A stretch of DNA of 63,622 bases, counting the filler, from Hyphochytrium catenoides (taxonomy: Eukaryota > Protista > Hyphochytriomycota): NCBI GenBank assembly GCA_900088475.1. It is 7 parts of 7 records of this genome, joined end to end, with 100 filler letters (N's around TTAATTAATTAA, not from the genome) between each part and the next. Parts side by side here need not be neighbours in the genome. Positions count along the whole stretch, not along the records: positions 1 to 26,459 come from FLMG01003400.1; positions 26,560 to 37,223 come from FLMG01000065.1; 5 more parts are not named here. One strand, written 5' to 3'. The position numbers were made by a program, and so were the translations under genes. The stretch's first letter is position 1. Each line of letters opens with the position of its first letter. Below, one piece after another: positions 25,501 to 36,689 of the stretch. The notes beneath the pieces were generated by a model. It did no database searches. It saw only the letters and a list, made by a program, of their open reading frames with translations, and was not told the DNA's origin.

Positions 25501-26459
25501 TGAGAATGGGGAGGGAAAGACGACGCCCTTGGCTTGACGGAAGAAGAAAGGGTACGCTATCTTTCTCTTTCTCCTTCGGGCGTGCACTGGGAGGAGTATG
25601 CGGAGGATGTGCAGAGGGGTATGCCGGGCCTGTAGGCGCTAGGACGCGCGGCCTTTCTTCTTCCGTTTGCTGTTGTCGTTCATTGCGCACGGAAGGCGAC
25701 GAAGGGCTTCCTGCCCCTTCGCTTTCCATTTTTCCGACCTCTTGTGGCGAGAGGTCTACATCTTTTGCTGTCCCGTTCTCCCTTTTCCCATTGTCACGGA
25801 GAGACGGGGGAAGAGGGAGTGCAGAGGACTTCATGCTGTCAACCACGACGTCGAGCCCCACCGGAGGAGCCTCCGGAAGGGAGGAGAAGGCTGCGTTAGC
25901 TGGAAGAAGAGCAGGAGGAGGAAGTGTAGAGGGAGGAGACACCAAAACTCCGTCGTCAGCTGGCGCATCTTCTCCTCCGGGCTTGAGTTGGTCAGCTTGA
26001 GGCTCCTCTTTCCTACTTTTCTCTTCAGAGTTTGCTACTTGGACGCCCTTCCCAGCCTCCTTTTCCATAGTAGAGAGAGGTGGTGCTTGCTCCATACCTT
26101 CCTCTCTCTCTGAAGAAGTATGCAAGATGCTTCCCAAGCGGAAAAGAAAGGCAACCGGTTAGCGAAGAAAAGAACGCGGCAAGTGCAGAAGCTGGCAGCT
26201 TTAGAACCTCTCAGCCAATTACCTCCTGATTCCGGTTGCCGGATCCGAGGCAAAGCTATCGTCGTGGAAGCTGTCCATCCTCGCTGCTACCGAGCGAGGA
26301 CTCTTGAATTGCCCTCAAGGACTAAGGTATGGCCCCGGACCATCAGGGTCACGATAAGGAAGAGACCAGCACAGCTGCCGTGTGCTCTGCAGGCTGTGCT
26401 CGTTAAGTTCCTCTTCCATTCCTAGCCACACTCCTGAGCTTTCATAGCTTCCAAGGGTC
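16531..26459 (-). CDS. TAF1: Transcription initiation factor TFIID subunit 1; many exons, 5' end probably cut by the contig end
   Basis: Central-domain motifs NTDLLSGDWVNEILWD, LRLFHRPR, DLYPTDGSLIL|IEYVEE..VGMA, NNLYKAPLF, ITPEMVCLYESM, LTPWNLTSNF, GDPSGIGEGFSF, TGTTADLRKL. Zn knuckle CTNCGQLGHMKSNRSCP (~17930-17990). One bromodomain VFRLPVDGNVVKDYYSIVKTPM|DL..NSQLYNG. Confidence 0.95.
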
Positions 26460-26559
26460 NNNNNNNNNNNNNNNNNNNNNNNNNNNNNNNNNNNNNNNNN
26501 NNNTTAATTAATTAANNNNNNNNNNNNNNNNNNNNNNNNNNNNNNNNNNNNNNNNNNNN
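26460..26559. other. Artificial contig spacer N44-TTAATTAATTAA-N44 (also at 37224-37323, 49078-49177, 52061-52160, 60012-60111, 62276-62375)
   Basis: Six identical 100-bp blocks with a central 12-mer that places stops in all six frames. Confidence 0.98.
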
Positions 26560-27924
26560 ATACACTTCGTCATCTTCGCTTTCTCAGACAAGCAACCTTG
26601 ATAGCCGTCATGGACTGCTGCATAAGACAGGGTTCTGGATTGCAGGGAATCCGTGACGGACATATCAAAGGCCGAGAACTGATAGGAAGTCCAGACGCTA
26701 CGAAGCAACAAACCTCCAGGCGTCTGCATCGAGCCCGGAAGAAGGTGGCGAAGTTCGCAAGAGACCTCTATTCCTTGGTAGTTCTAGTAGTAGGTTTGAG
26801 GATGATGATCTTAGGGTTTCCTCGTTCATTAGGCGTCCCAAACGTCCTACCGTTAGAATAATGATATAAGACGAGGGTTAGGTTAGGGCTAGGTTCCTTG
26901 CTTTTGTACGATCATCTTAGACAGGCATAAAGAACATGGACTAGCATCTGCAGAACTATGTCTTCTTCTTCTGTCCCGAAGGTTTCTTGATGTCAGTGAC
27001 GACTCAGGCATCGACAGCTTCTTCATCCTCCAAAGCACTGAGCAACCGCTGGCCTCTGCGGCGGTGTGTAAAGAGCCGGCCTTTTCACATCTTATTAGTT
27101 CTTCAATCATTACTCTAGGAACCTCATTCTCCGCAGGGAAAGATTAATTAGCATGTAGTTCACAATGGCCGGGGCTGAGTGTGATGACGGCTATTCTCAT
27201 TCGACATTGTTCGCTGATAGAACTAGAAGAGATAAACAAGAAAGAGCGAGAGCGTAGAACTAGAAGAGATAATAGAGAAAAAGCGAGAGTGGATGAGAAA
27301 TGGGGAAAGAAAGAAAAAAAGGAATCAAAAAAGAAGAGCTTAGAAGAAGTACTTTGTCAAAAGAGAGACGGGGAAAAAGANNNNNNNNNNNNNNNNNNNN
27401 NNNNNNNNNNNNNNNNNNNNNNNNNNNNNNNNNNNNNNNNNNAGTCCACGCTGGCAAAAATGTTCATGAATAAAGTAGGGATAATGAGAGAGAGCCAGCC
27501 AGACAAGTGGGATAAGAGGAAAATACATCGAGCCCGTCCAGAAGAAATAGAAGACTAAACCTTTAGAGGAAACAGAAGAAGAGACTCTCGAGAGAGAAAG
27601 AACAACCTCAGACAAGTAATAGACCGAGAAGGAGGCTTAGAAGTCTAGAAAAAGAAGAAGGAGCGACGATGCCCTTTCTCCGTAGAATAGCGCCACTTAG
27701 TAGAGAAAACTCTGTCACAAGAGTTATTACAAAGAGGAAAGAAAGGCTGTTGATTTGGAAAGAGAAGGAAGAGAGAGAGGAGGCACTGACAGAATAGGGG
27801 ACACGAGAAACAGTAGGAGGAGGGAGGAGAAGAAAGCGAGAGCGAGAAGAGTTCAACGTGGAGTCCTGTATGTCCTGGTCCTNNNNNNNNNNNNNNNNNN
27901 NNNNNNNNNNNNNNNNNNNNNNCA

Positions 27925-29265
27925 CTGGCACGTGAGACCCTTGGTGTTACCTTCAAGTATGAATACTGGTCGGTTAACTCCTTTGATCCTGTGCGTGAGA
28001 GGAACGTTCCTATGGGCAGGCAGTGTGTCGAGAGAGACGAGCGCTTGTCAGGCTTCTCTGATGCTTATACATGCAGCGCCAACGGTGACCTCCAATTCAG
28101 GTCTTGCGACGGAGACTGTTCAAAACCCTTGGAAGATTGCCTGATCTACAGCACCATCCCCGTCACTCAGAATGGGACCAAATCTACTTCCGGCAAGCTT
28201 GTTAGTCGCTATACTTGGTCCTGTCCGTCCTCCGTCACCGTTCCCGGCCCAACGCCTGAACAACCTAGCGCTAAACGAGGAGAGTTCGTAGAGGAATACT
28301 TTGGCTCGTTCTGGACGTCTCCTGAGCTTTACAATACGTCCGGCCTTCCTGTAGAGGCGATACATGGCATCATCGCTAGTCCGACAACGGAGACAGGCAT
28401 CGTCCCTGAGCGTTGCTTCTCTGGCAACCTCGGATTTTGCAATCGCCACGGTGTCCTGTACAAGGCCTACTGTCTGAGAACAGACGACTGCAGCAGACCC
28501 ATCAGTGAAGGATGTTTCCTCAGAAGTGTCCATCTACCAGATACAAACGGCCCTTTGCAGGGAATCAGGGAAGGTCGTATGCCCTATAGAACAATGTGGA
28601 CCTGTCCATTCGACGTTGTCGATGAGGCGCAAGAAGAAGAAGATGCATCGAAGAAATACAACGTCACTGTGGAGGTCGTGTTGCCCAAGCGAGTACTTAT
28701 CGCTGAGATGGGAAAGACGTGCCAGGTAGCTGTAGACTATCTCCCAGACGTCTTGTTCATCGAGAGGCCGAAGTTTGGCTATTACTGCTCTAGCAATGGC
28801 GATCTAGAGATGTATCAGGAGGAAGCAGGAAGAAGCTGCGATGTTCTACAGCCTAAGCCTACGTCAGTTATTCCGTCGGCTCAAAACGGAGTAGTTGCGC
28901 CGGACGGATCCCGCTATATCTGGACGTGCAATTACTCTTCGACCTCTAACGAGCCTGCCAAGCTACACTACGAGCCACCACCTCATCGTGAGACGGGTAC
29001 TGTCCCATTTGGCGAACCCTGTCCGGTAGAACAAAATCGAGTGGATGGCTACGCTTACACATGCAGCTCCAAGGGTGACTTGGAGATCCGTAAGTGCGGA
29101 TTGTTCGCCTGCTTGAGGCCAGTGAGCGATTGTCCCGTGGAGCGCACGATCCCCGTCTCCTCGAAAGGCGTATTGATGCAAAATCTAGATTCCAAGCAGC
29201 CTGAAGCTGGAGCCCCAAAGAAAGAGTTTGTTTCTTATACATGGAACTGCCCGCCCTCAGTCTAG
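27925..29265 (+). CDS. Cysteine-rich protein with four copies of an ~80-aa repeat; N-terminus runs into an N gap
   Basis: Frame open from the gap (27883-27922) to TAG 29265. Repeated pattern C..(Y/F)xCSxxGDL..C..P..C..IP....G..(Y/M)xWxC. Confidence 0.85.
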   Translation: MARETLGVTFKYEYWSVNSFDPVRERNVPMGRQCVERDERLSGFSDAYTCSANGDLQFRSCDGDCSKPLEDCLIYSTIPVTQNGTKSTSGKLVSRYTWSCPSSVTVPGPTPEQPSAKRGEFVEEYFGSFWTSPELYNTSGLPVEAIHGIIASPTTETGIVPERCFSGNLGFCNRHGVLYKAYCLRTDDCSRPISEGCFLRSVHLPDTNGPLQGIREGRMPYRTMWTCPFDVVDEAQEEEDASKKYNVTVEVVLPKRVLIAEMGKTCQVAVDYLPDVLFIERPKFGYYCSSNGDLEMYQEEAGRSCDVLQPKPTSVIPSAQNGVVAPDGSRYIWTCNYSSTSNEPAKLHYEPPPHRETGTVPFGEPCPVEQNRVDGYAYTCSSKGDLEIRKCGLFACLRPVSDCPVERTIPVSSKGVLMQNLDSKQPEAGAPKKEFVSYTWNCPPSV

Positions 29266-32107
29266 TACAAAGTTGAAAAAGAGGCTACGAGGAGGAGGAG
29301 GACCACTGCTTTGAGAGCCATATCACATCGCATAGAAGAGTGAATTTTATTGAGTGGTAGCACAAAGGGCCTTGGAGAGTGAGGACAAGATTAAGTTAAT
29401 AATAAACTGGGAATCGGGTTAAGGTAGCGGTGGGCTTGTTTACTTCTTCTTACATCAGCAGGAGGAGCGGCTGTGATCTCTCGCCTCAGCAGCAAAGTAC
29501 CTACAGATGAGCGGGGAATCCATAGCAGTTGAGGCTCAAAGTCATCAGTTGAGTTAGCCTTTGTTCTTATATAAAAGCTGAACAGCACCGATCATAACTG
29601 TTCACACAGAGCTTGAAGCTTACCCTTACTACTCTTCAGCGGCAGTGTAATCGACCCTAGCGGCTCGATGAAAGGAAGGAAAAGCTCCAAAAACTGCATT
29701 GATGAATGTTTAGTCTGCTGACATTTATTATTAGAATCAGTCATCAGATGGGTGAAGGAAGTGGAGCTGAATGCGGGCTGCTACTAACTCGACTGGTCAG
29801 TCCTTGCCTTGAACCGTGCATTGAAGGAACTTCGCAGAATCCTTACTGCTCAGGGAGGAGGAAGAAGACCGATGGAGAAAGAGTGATGATGTTACTACTC
29901 TAGGGAAGGCCTTTTGAAGAGTGATTCCTACTACTTCTGCTCCTTCTTCCAGGGTCGGCCTCCTCCTTGCCTGTCTCCTCATCCTCTGCCCAAGCCAGCC
30001 CTGTTCCACCATCCTTCTCTTCTTACTACTTCCTTTCTTCTCAACACTGCGCTGTCCTTCTCCTCCTGTTCCCACAAAAGCTCCCATTATTTCTCGAGTT
30101 AGTCCGGCTGCTGCCCCTGTCGCTGATGATGGAGAATTCATGCACAGGAGGAAGAAGAAAGAGCTCCCCGTGCTAAGCCTTGCATCATCAGTTCCTACTA
30201 CTACTTCAATAAAGGTGCTATCCCTCATCAGTGATTCTGACTCCTCTGGCAGCGGAGGATGATATGCTTTCTCTCGACCGAGGACATCATCCCTACTCTT
30301 GCTGCCTTATAAAGAGTTCAGTGGAGTTGTTCGTCCTGCTCTCTGGGCTACTGCTTCATCGCTTCTTTGCAAGAAGATCAGGCAGTAGCCAAGTTCTTTG
30401 TCTACGAGTTTTCTTCTTCCCCTTTCTTCCTAGCATCACCATAAAATATCCCCACCATCTCCTCCTCGCTTCTTCTTTTTTGTCTCTCCTCTCTCTCTCA
30501 CTGTCGCTCTTTCTAATCTTCTTATAATTACCATTGTTAGGGTTAGGCAGGTCAATAGTGGTAGGAACAGAAAGACGCAAGAAGCAAACACGAGCGGTGT
30601 TGAACCATGAAGGGAAGATATATGGTGAGAAGAGATCTTTTCTTCTGAGAGGGAAGAAAGGTCTTCAGGTGATGGCCAGCGAGCATTAGGAGGAAACGTA
30701 AGGTACTGGTCTTCCTTCCTCTTTTTACCGATATCAGTGTCTCTCTTTCTTTCTGTCTCGCTATCTCTTTTTGTCTCTCTTCTCTAATTGTCGTCGCCAT
30801 CGCATCACGCACTACCACCAGTGAGAGCAGTAGTGGCGGACACCTTTTTTCGCCATCACTACTACTACTACTGCTCATTATTATCATTCAAAAGGAGAAA
30901 CAATGGCGTCGTTACTACCTCTTCACTACTGCCTAATGGGCTGCTGCTGCTGCTGAAGAAGTGGACCGAACGTTCTTAGAAGACGCTTCTTCCACCAGAC
31001 GTTGTTCATCAGAACTAACAACCTAACCCTAACCCTAAGCAGGAAGAAAAAGAGGGCTGCTGCTGCCGAAGAAGTGATGGCTTTTTTAGATTGCTGAGCT
31101 CAGTGACGGCCCTCGTTTTCTTCCACGGGGAACATGGGGGGTTCCTTGTTGACCAGCTTCCTGCGTGCTCTGTGTTCTTGGTGGTGCCACCAGGCGAGGT
31201 GCCAGGCGCCAGCACAGCTGTTAAATTGCCGCGCCTTTGTTATTGGAGAAAAGAAAATCTACTCCTCCTCCTGATCTGGACGGAGGAAGAACAATCGTCG
31301 GCTTGGTGGTTGGAGGAGGGACAGCTTCGCGACGTTTGCCTCCTTGTCAAGGGTGTTTATTTGGGAGGTGGCTGTAATTTAGCCTCACGCTGTGTCATCG
31401 TCGGCTTTTTTTGCTTGCTTGTTTGGAGGCGGAGAGATGATGGTAAATGGTGGCTGTTTCTTGGCTCTGAGATGAGGTAGGACAGGACCACGTTGCTTGC
31501 TGTTGATCATCATGTGCAAATTTCTTTTCTTCTGGATGGTGCCCACGTACTATGTCCCCCATAGCGCTGTTGGTGAGATCCCGGGAATAATTGTTGGCTT
31601 TCTGACGGTGCTAGAGGATGGGGCTGACCTCGCTCAGTGTCAATATCATCTTGCCCGCTCAGTCTCAGCCTCTGCCGCGTGCCCACAACAACCTGGAGAT
31701 AGAGGCAAGAAAGGGATGCAGAGCCACAGCAGCTGACTAGAGCTATGGAGTGCTATCTCCTCTTGCCTACAATAATAGATCTTCTTGTTGTCTTTCTGAT
31801 CAGCCCGTAAGAGCTCGTTGCTATCCAAATAGCTATATCCTGCACGAGCGATGCGGCATGTAAAGGCCCGAGTGGCAACCGCCATAGATTTGTCTCTTCC
31901 GTTACCGTTGAGCTTTCTTTGTGGATGATTGATGATCACCTCTAAGCATCAGATTTTTTAAAAATGCATTCTCATTTATAAAGTTAACTATCTTTGAAAT
32001 TAGAAAGAGTATTTAGAAATGTGGGACAAAGTCCTTTCAACAGCTGCCGCCTGCTCCTGCTCCCCACGCTCTCTGCTGTACTTGTGCTTCCTCTTCCTCT
32101 TGACAGC

Positions 32108-35100
32108 TTACAGGACCCCAATCTCTTCCAAGGTCAGACCAAAAGCCTGAAAGGACGCTTCTCTAAAGATCGCGGTCTCGTTGTATGGCTTTAGATAGTC
32201 ATTTCTAGTAAAAGTCGCGACAGTATTGTTGGTGTCCTTGCCCTGGTAGAGCTCGCGGTACGACGCCACGTACTTGAGCAGTTGATAGTTGTACTGCTCG
32301 ACAGACAACAGGGGAGGAAACAAAAGCGAGGAGAAATCTCAGTCTAATCTTCTCTGATACTGCAATGATGAGAAGTAGTAGGAGAATCGAAGTAGTAGGA
32401 GAATATATAATTAACAGATACAAAGCGGAGAGAGTATAGGGTGGATGAAGGAGAGTTGCGCGTTCGGGGAGAAGAGAGGAGAGGGGAAGAGAGAAAATTT
32501 TGTAGGCGTGTTCAGCACTTACGCCATTGTCGTTGCCAGTGAAGAAGATCGAAGGGTAGCTGGCGTCTGGCTTTACGTTCTCTGCTGGAGAGTAGCTCTT
32601 GGTAGCCTTCATCACCGAGGGTGACAGCAAAGACAGAAGATGAGCAGAGAGAAGAGTTATAGAACAAGCAACTGGGCTCGCTCGAGCGGCCTTCTGGTGC
32701 TGGTAAATAAGATGACGTTTAGCGTTTTACCACTTACAGTGAAAGTCTGTCGCTCGTGGACATTCCCATATTGTCTGATGGAATAGGTATAACCTAAGAA
32801 AGACGGAAAGAGAGATTTATCAGGCTAAAAACGGGGAAGCAGCCGACGAAGGCCATGCACAAAAGATAACGTAACGGGAGTTGCTGCTTGGGGTCCAGAG
32901 GTCAACAAGTAGAGAAAGAGCAATGAGGATATAGAGCAATGGAGAGAGCAATTATCAAAATGAAGGACATCTGACAGACAGAATGAAAAATAGGATTATC
33001 CATTGATTTGTAACAAAGGACAAGAGTTAGTCGACAGAGGTCATTATCCTTACCGCCAAGGTCGTGAGTGAAAGGGGACAGATCTCCGTTCTGAACCATT
33101 ACAGCCTTGACTAAGTCTGGCTCTTGGTTGATTGCCGCCATCATCACAAGGCCAGCTGGACGAGACAAGACAAGGAGGAAGGAAGGTCTTAAAGATGGCA
33201 GTGAGAGGCATCCTGCAGCAGCAGATAGATGGCCAAGAAATCACGGTATTGGGTCGTCAAACTCTTTCTCTTTACCCTTCTTCTCCTCCTCAGCCAACAA
33301 GAAGTGCTCCACATGTCTCGATCCCTCGATTTCTTCTTTCCTCGACCAAGGATCCTCAAAGAACGGCCTCTCAAATGACACAGGCTTACCTTTTGGGCCA
33401 CCAAATCCGTCGCCAATGTTAGTGACAGCGAGTTGGGACCTGGAGGTGACGCCAGTGTCGATCAGACTTCTAAGAACACCTTTCAGGTCCTCGATAGCGT
33501 TTGTCGTGTTTTGAGCATAACCAGCGGCACCCCATTCCTTGCTCAAAATTGCAGTGCCACGGACCACCGGAATGGCGATGGCAACACCGCGATTGAGCAG
33601 AGCAATTCTACATTAGAAAAAAAGGCGATTAACGGATGACGGACATCGAGAGATCAAACAAAGAGAGAGACAGCAACGGGCGTAGTCACGAAGAAGCACT
33701 ACTCTGGTTTCCTCTTTCTTCAAAGAACATAGGGCTGGTTCCAATAGCACACTTACTTTTTCTCGTCATAGAAGTATGCAGCGCCAAAAGAATCGTAACT
33801 ATTAGCGACTGGGAAGACAACGGTAGCTCGAGGCCGATTGGACTCGTCAACACTCGTCTTTCGCATGATGGTGACAGGGACCGTGACCGCCTCGGTGCTG
33901 CCGCTTGGCATGTAGGTGACGTCGCTAGGCTTCACATCATACTCCCGAGGGTTTATGATAGTCTTCGGCGAGGAACGCTAGTCATCGCAGAGTTAACAAT
34001 CGAAAGAGGGGTTAGGGTTAGGAGTTGAAGGGGCAACGTCGGTAGTTAGTATGGGAAGGACGATGGAAACGACAGTAATGGAAGGTAATAAATGCCACCA
34101 CAATGCACGAATCGTCTTCTCTGTATCAGCCTTGGGACATTAGAAAGGGCCGCCCGGAAGACAGCGAGGAGTAGCGAGAGAGGAGTGTAAAGGTAAACGC
34201 AAAAGAACGGTAAAGGGGGATACAGGCCACTTACGTAGACGAGCTTTGAGCTTGATGAACTAAGGTCCACTTGATATAAAGATGGCGGTGTGAGCTAGAG
34301 AGTTTTGAGACGGAACGACAGTGAGCCAACCCGAAAGAGAAAGGCAACCGTTAGCAAGATACGGTGGATCATTCGACACCACAGAGGAGGGACTATTGGG
34401 AGGAACATACCAGGCTCTCTGCGTAGACGCCAAACTGGTCGCTTATCTGAGGAGTGAAGAAGGAAGAATCTTGTCCGTGTATGATTGAGTTAGGACCGAG
34501 GGTAGGATCGATCGTAAAGAGAGGTGTAAGGCCCTCATCCTCCCGCAGGATCCAGGCGCTTGCAGCGGCACCTGAGGCACAGTGTTATTTAGCGGGAGAT
34601 CAGCCTTGTGGTTATAACAAAGAGAGAAGGAAGAAGTCCGGTCCAGAAAAGCCGTATAGAGCCGTGACAAAACTTGACAAGAACAGCTCAGGTTCAGAAA
34701 AGTAGAAGACGTAACTTTATCAAAAGGCATCAAAAAGATCTTACCCTGATAACCACTAAGAAGGCACCACGATGCTGAGCAAAACAGAAAGTTTCCTGCA
34801 ATAGATTGAGGAGGGATAACGGCTTCTCTCCAATTCTTCTCCGAGGGCGCGGCGAGGTCTCCTACGATGTAGCTCGTACCGAAGCCATACCAGGCATTCA
34901 ACTCGGCAGTATTCATTTGCATTAAATATTTTGACCCAATCACCTGGACCTGGTGGGGGAATGGAAATGTTGTTGAAAAGAAAGTGAGGCTTCGTTGCAC
35001 TCTAGCGCGTACTTTTGCCCCAACAAAGCGCACTGTAGGACAATAGGAACACTAAAAAACTTATGACAAGCGATAAATAGAAGCATCTTTTCGAGAGCAC

Positions 35101-36689
35101 TGCCCTTGATGACCCCAATAAGAAGCTTCTTTGCCCTCACATTATAGGCAGAAATACCCTTGGGGTAACGGCTGGATACGGTACTGTTGTTATCAAACCA
35201 ATAGTACTCCTTATATGTGGGGCCCTGAGGAGCCGTAAGGTCAATGTAGACAAAACCAGTCGAACCAGACCCTTCCTCCTTGAACTCCAGAAGTTGTAGC
35301 ACCATGTATCTGTGTGAAGAAGTGGCTCAGAACGACGTTTGCTAAGAAAAAGAAGACGCAGCAAAACGCTTTGCAAAGCCAAGAATTGATAGGGTCTCTA
35401 CAAGGAGCGGAAATCCTGCCAATGAAGAGTAGGCGGCTCCTTGTAAAGCTTCCATATATATTCTGTCATCTTTCTATCAGGTGTATTACCTGTCGGTGAC
35501 TTGGTCTATCGTCAGAGCAGCTAGTCCGGGATGCCGGTAGAGCTCCTTGTCGTCTTCCACACTTGTTCCTACGATATGGCTTCTGAGGACACCAGAGTCT
35601 TTGTCCACATAGAAGAACTCATTGTTGACCGTTGGCGACCATGCACTGGACCTTATAGACAGAATCTCGTCATACTTCTCACCGCCGAACACGTTGACGA
35701 ACCCGGCACTTCCATACTGAAAATGCAAAAATCAGTACAAAATCAAACAGAAACGGGGCTTATCAGTATGGTCCGGGCGTGGATTGTAGAAAGACCTACG
35801 TGGGATATCATGAATATCGTCCTATCCGCATTATGGAAAGACCCGGTGTATGGCCCTCTGATGTCCATACGACCCAAGATCTCAGTGACATCAGTCTCGA
35901 ATACCGGGCCATCGCCGTCGATAGGCTTCACCACCAGCGTAACCTTACTACCAGGCTTCTTTATGCCCGAGTCGAGGTAGTAGTAATAGTCTCCCGCAAT
36001 ATTAGCGTCAACGAGCGGTGCCTGTGAAAAGCAGCAAACAGAAAAGGGTTAGCCCCAACGGGCGTGCAAGTGCTTAATAGGTACAAGATTCCCCAATGGC
36101 GGTAGTGGAAGCAGAGAATAAATCAGATAGAACGAACAAGGAAAATCTTTCAAGAGCAAACCCTTAATGGGAAGAAGGGAGGAATCCGTTGTTGTCATCA
36201 TCAACCATGATGAGGAGACAATACCCAGAGAGAAGAGCACACTGTCGGCAGCAAGGCAAGTCCAAAGTCAGCTTGACGCCGAGGCAAGAGGCGGAGAGAG
36301 AGAGAGATACCCTGTAGGATGCCAACTCGTGCTTGAACGCCTCATGCTTATCCTTCTTTAGCTTCGCGAGCTCTGCGAAGTACTCATTCTCTCGTTGCTG
36401 AAACTCCACTGCATCAGCATCAGCAGGCTTCGTCTCATGCATCCAACGTTGCCAATGTCGAAAAGTAGAAATAGTTGTCTTTGACTGTCTCCGGTGGAAA
36501 CATGGGATTAGGTCCACGATCATCGTCCTCTAATTTTCCGTAGAGGAGGGTACTTTCCTTTGGAGGAGCGATCGGCGGCTTTGGTAGAGATAGTTCTCCT
36601 CTAAGGGCTCTATCGGCAGAGCACTTTGGCGCATAGAGTGCAGCAGAAAGGGCCACTGTCCTTGCCAAGCGAAAGATGGATATCCCCAT
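32108..36689 (-). CDS. Oligopeptidase B (peptidase S9A) homologue with predicted signal peptide; catalytic Ser and His absent; multi-exon
   Basis: N-terminal PPIAP..YGKLEDDDRGPNPMFPP..DNYFY matches the OPB-type GEDRGPNPMxPP..DPYFW segment. Catalytic-domain landmarks VPVTIM, NRGVAIAIPVVRG..KEW, SQLAV, GLVMMAAINQEPDL, QYGN, SYSPAENV, YPSIF, LKYV. GT-AG junctions checked for the last five exons. One frame break near 36450. Confidence 0.85.

Noticed and set aside
25224-26000. 258-aa plus-strand ORF
   Set aside because: Antisense shadow of the large low-complexity TAF1 exon.
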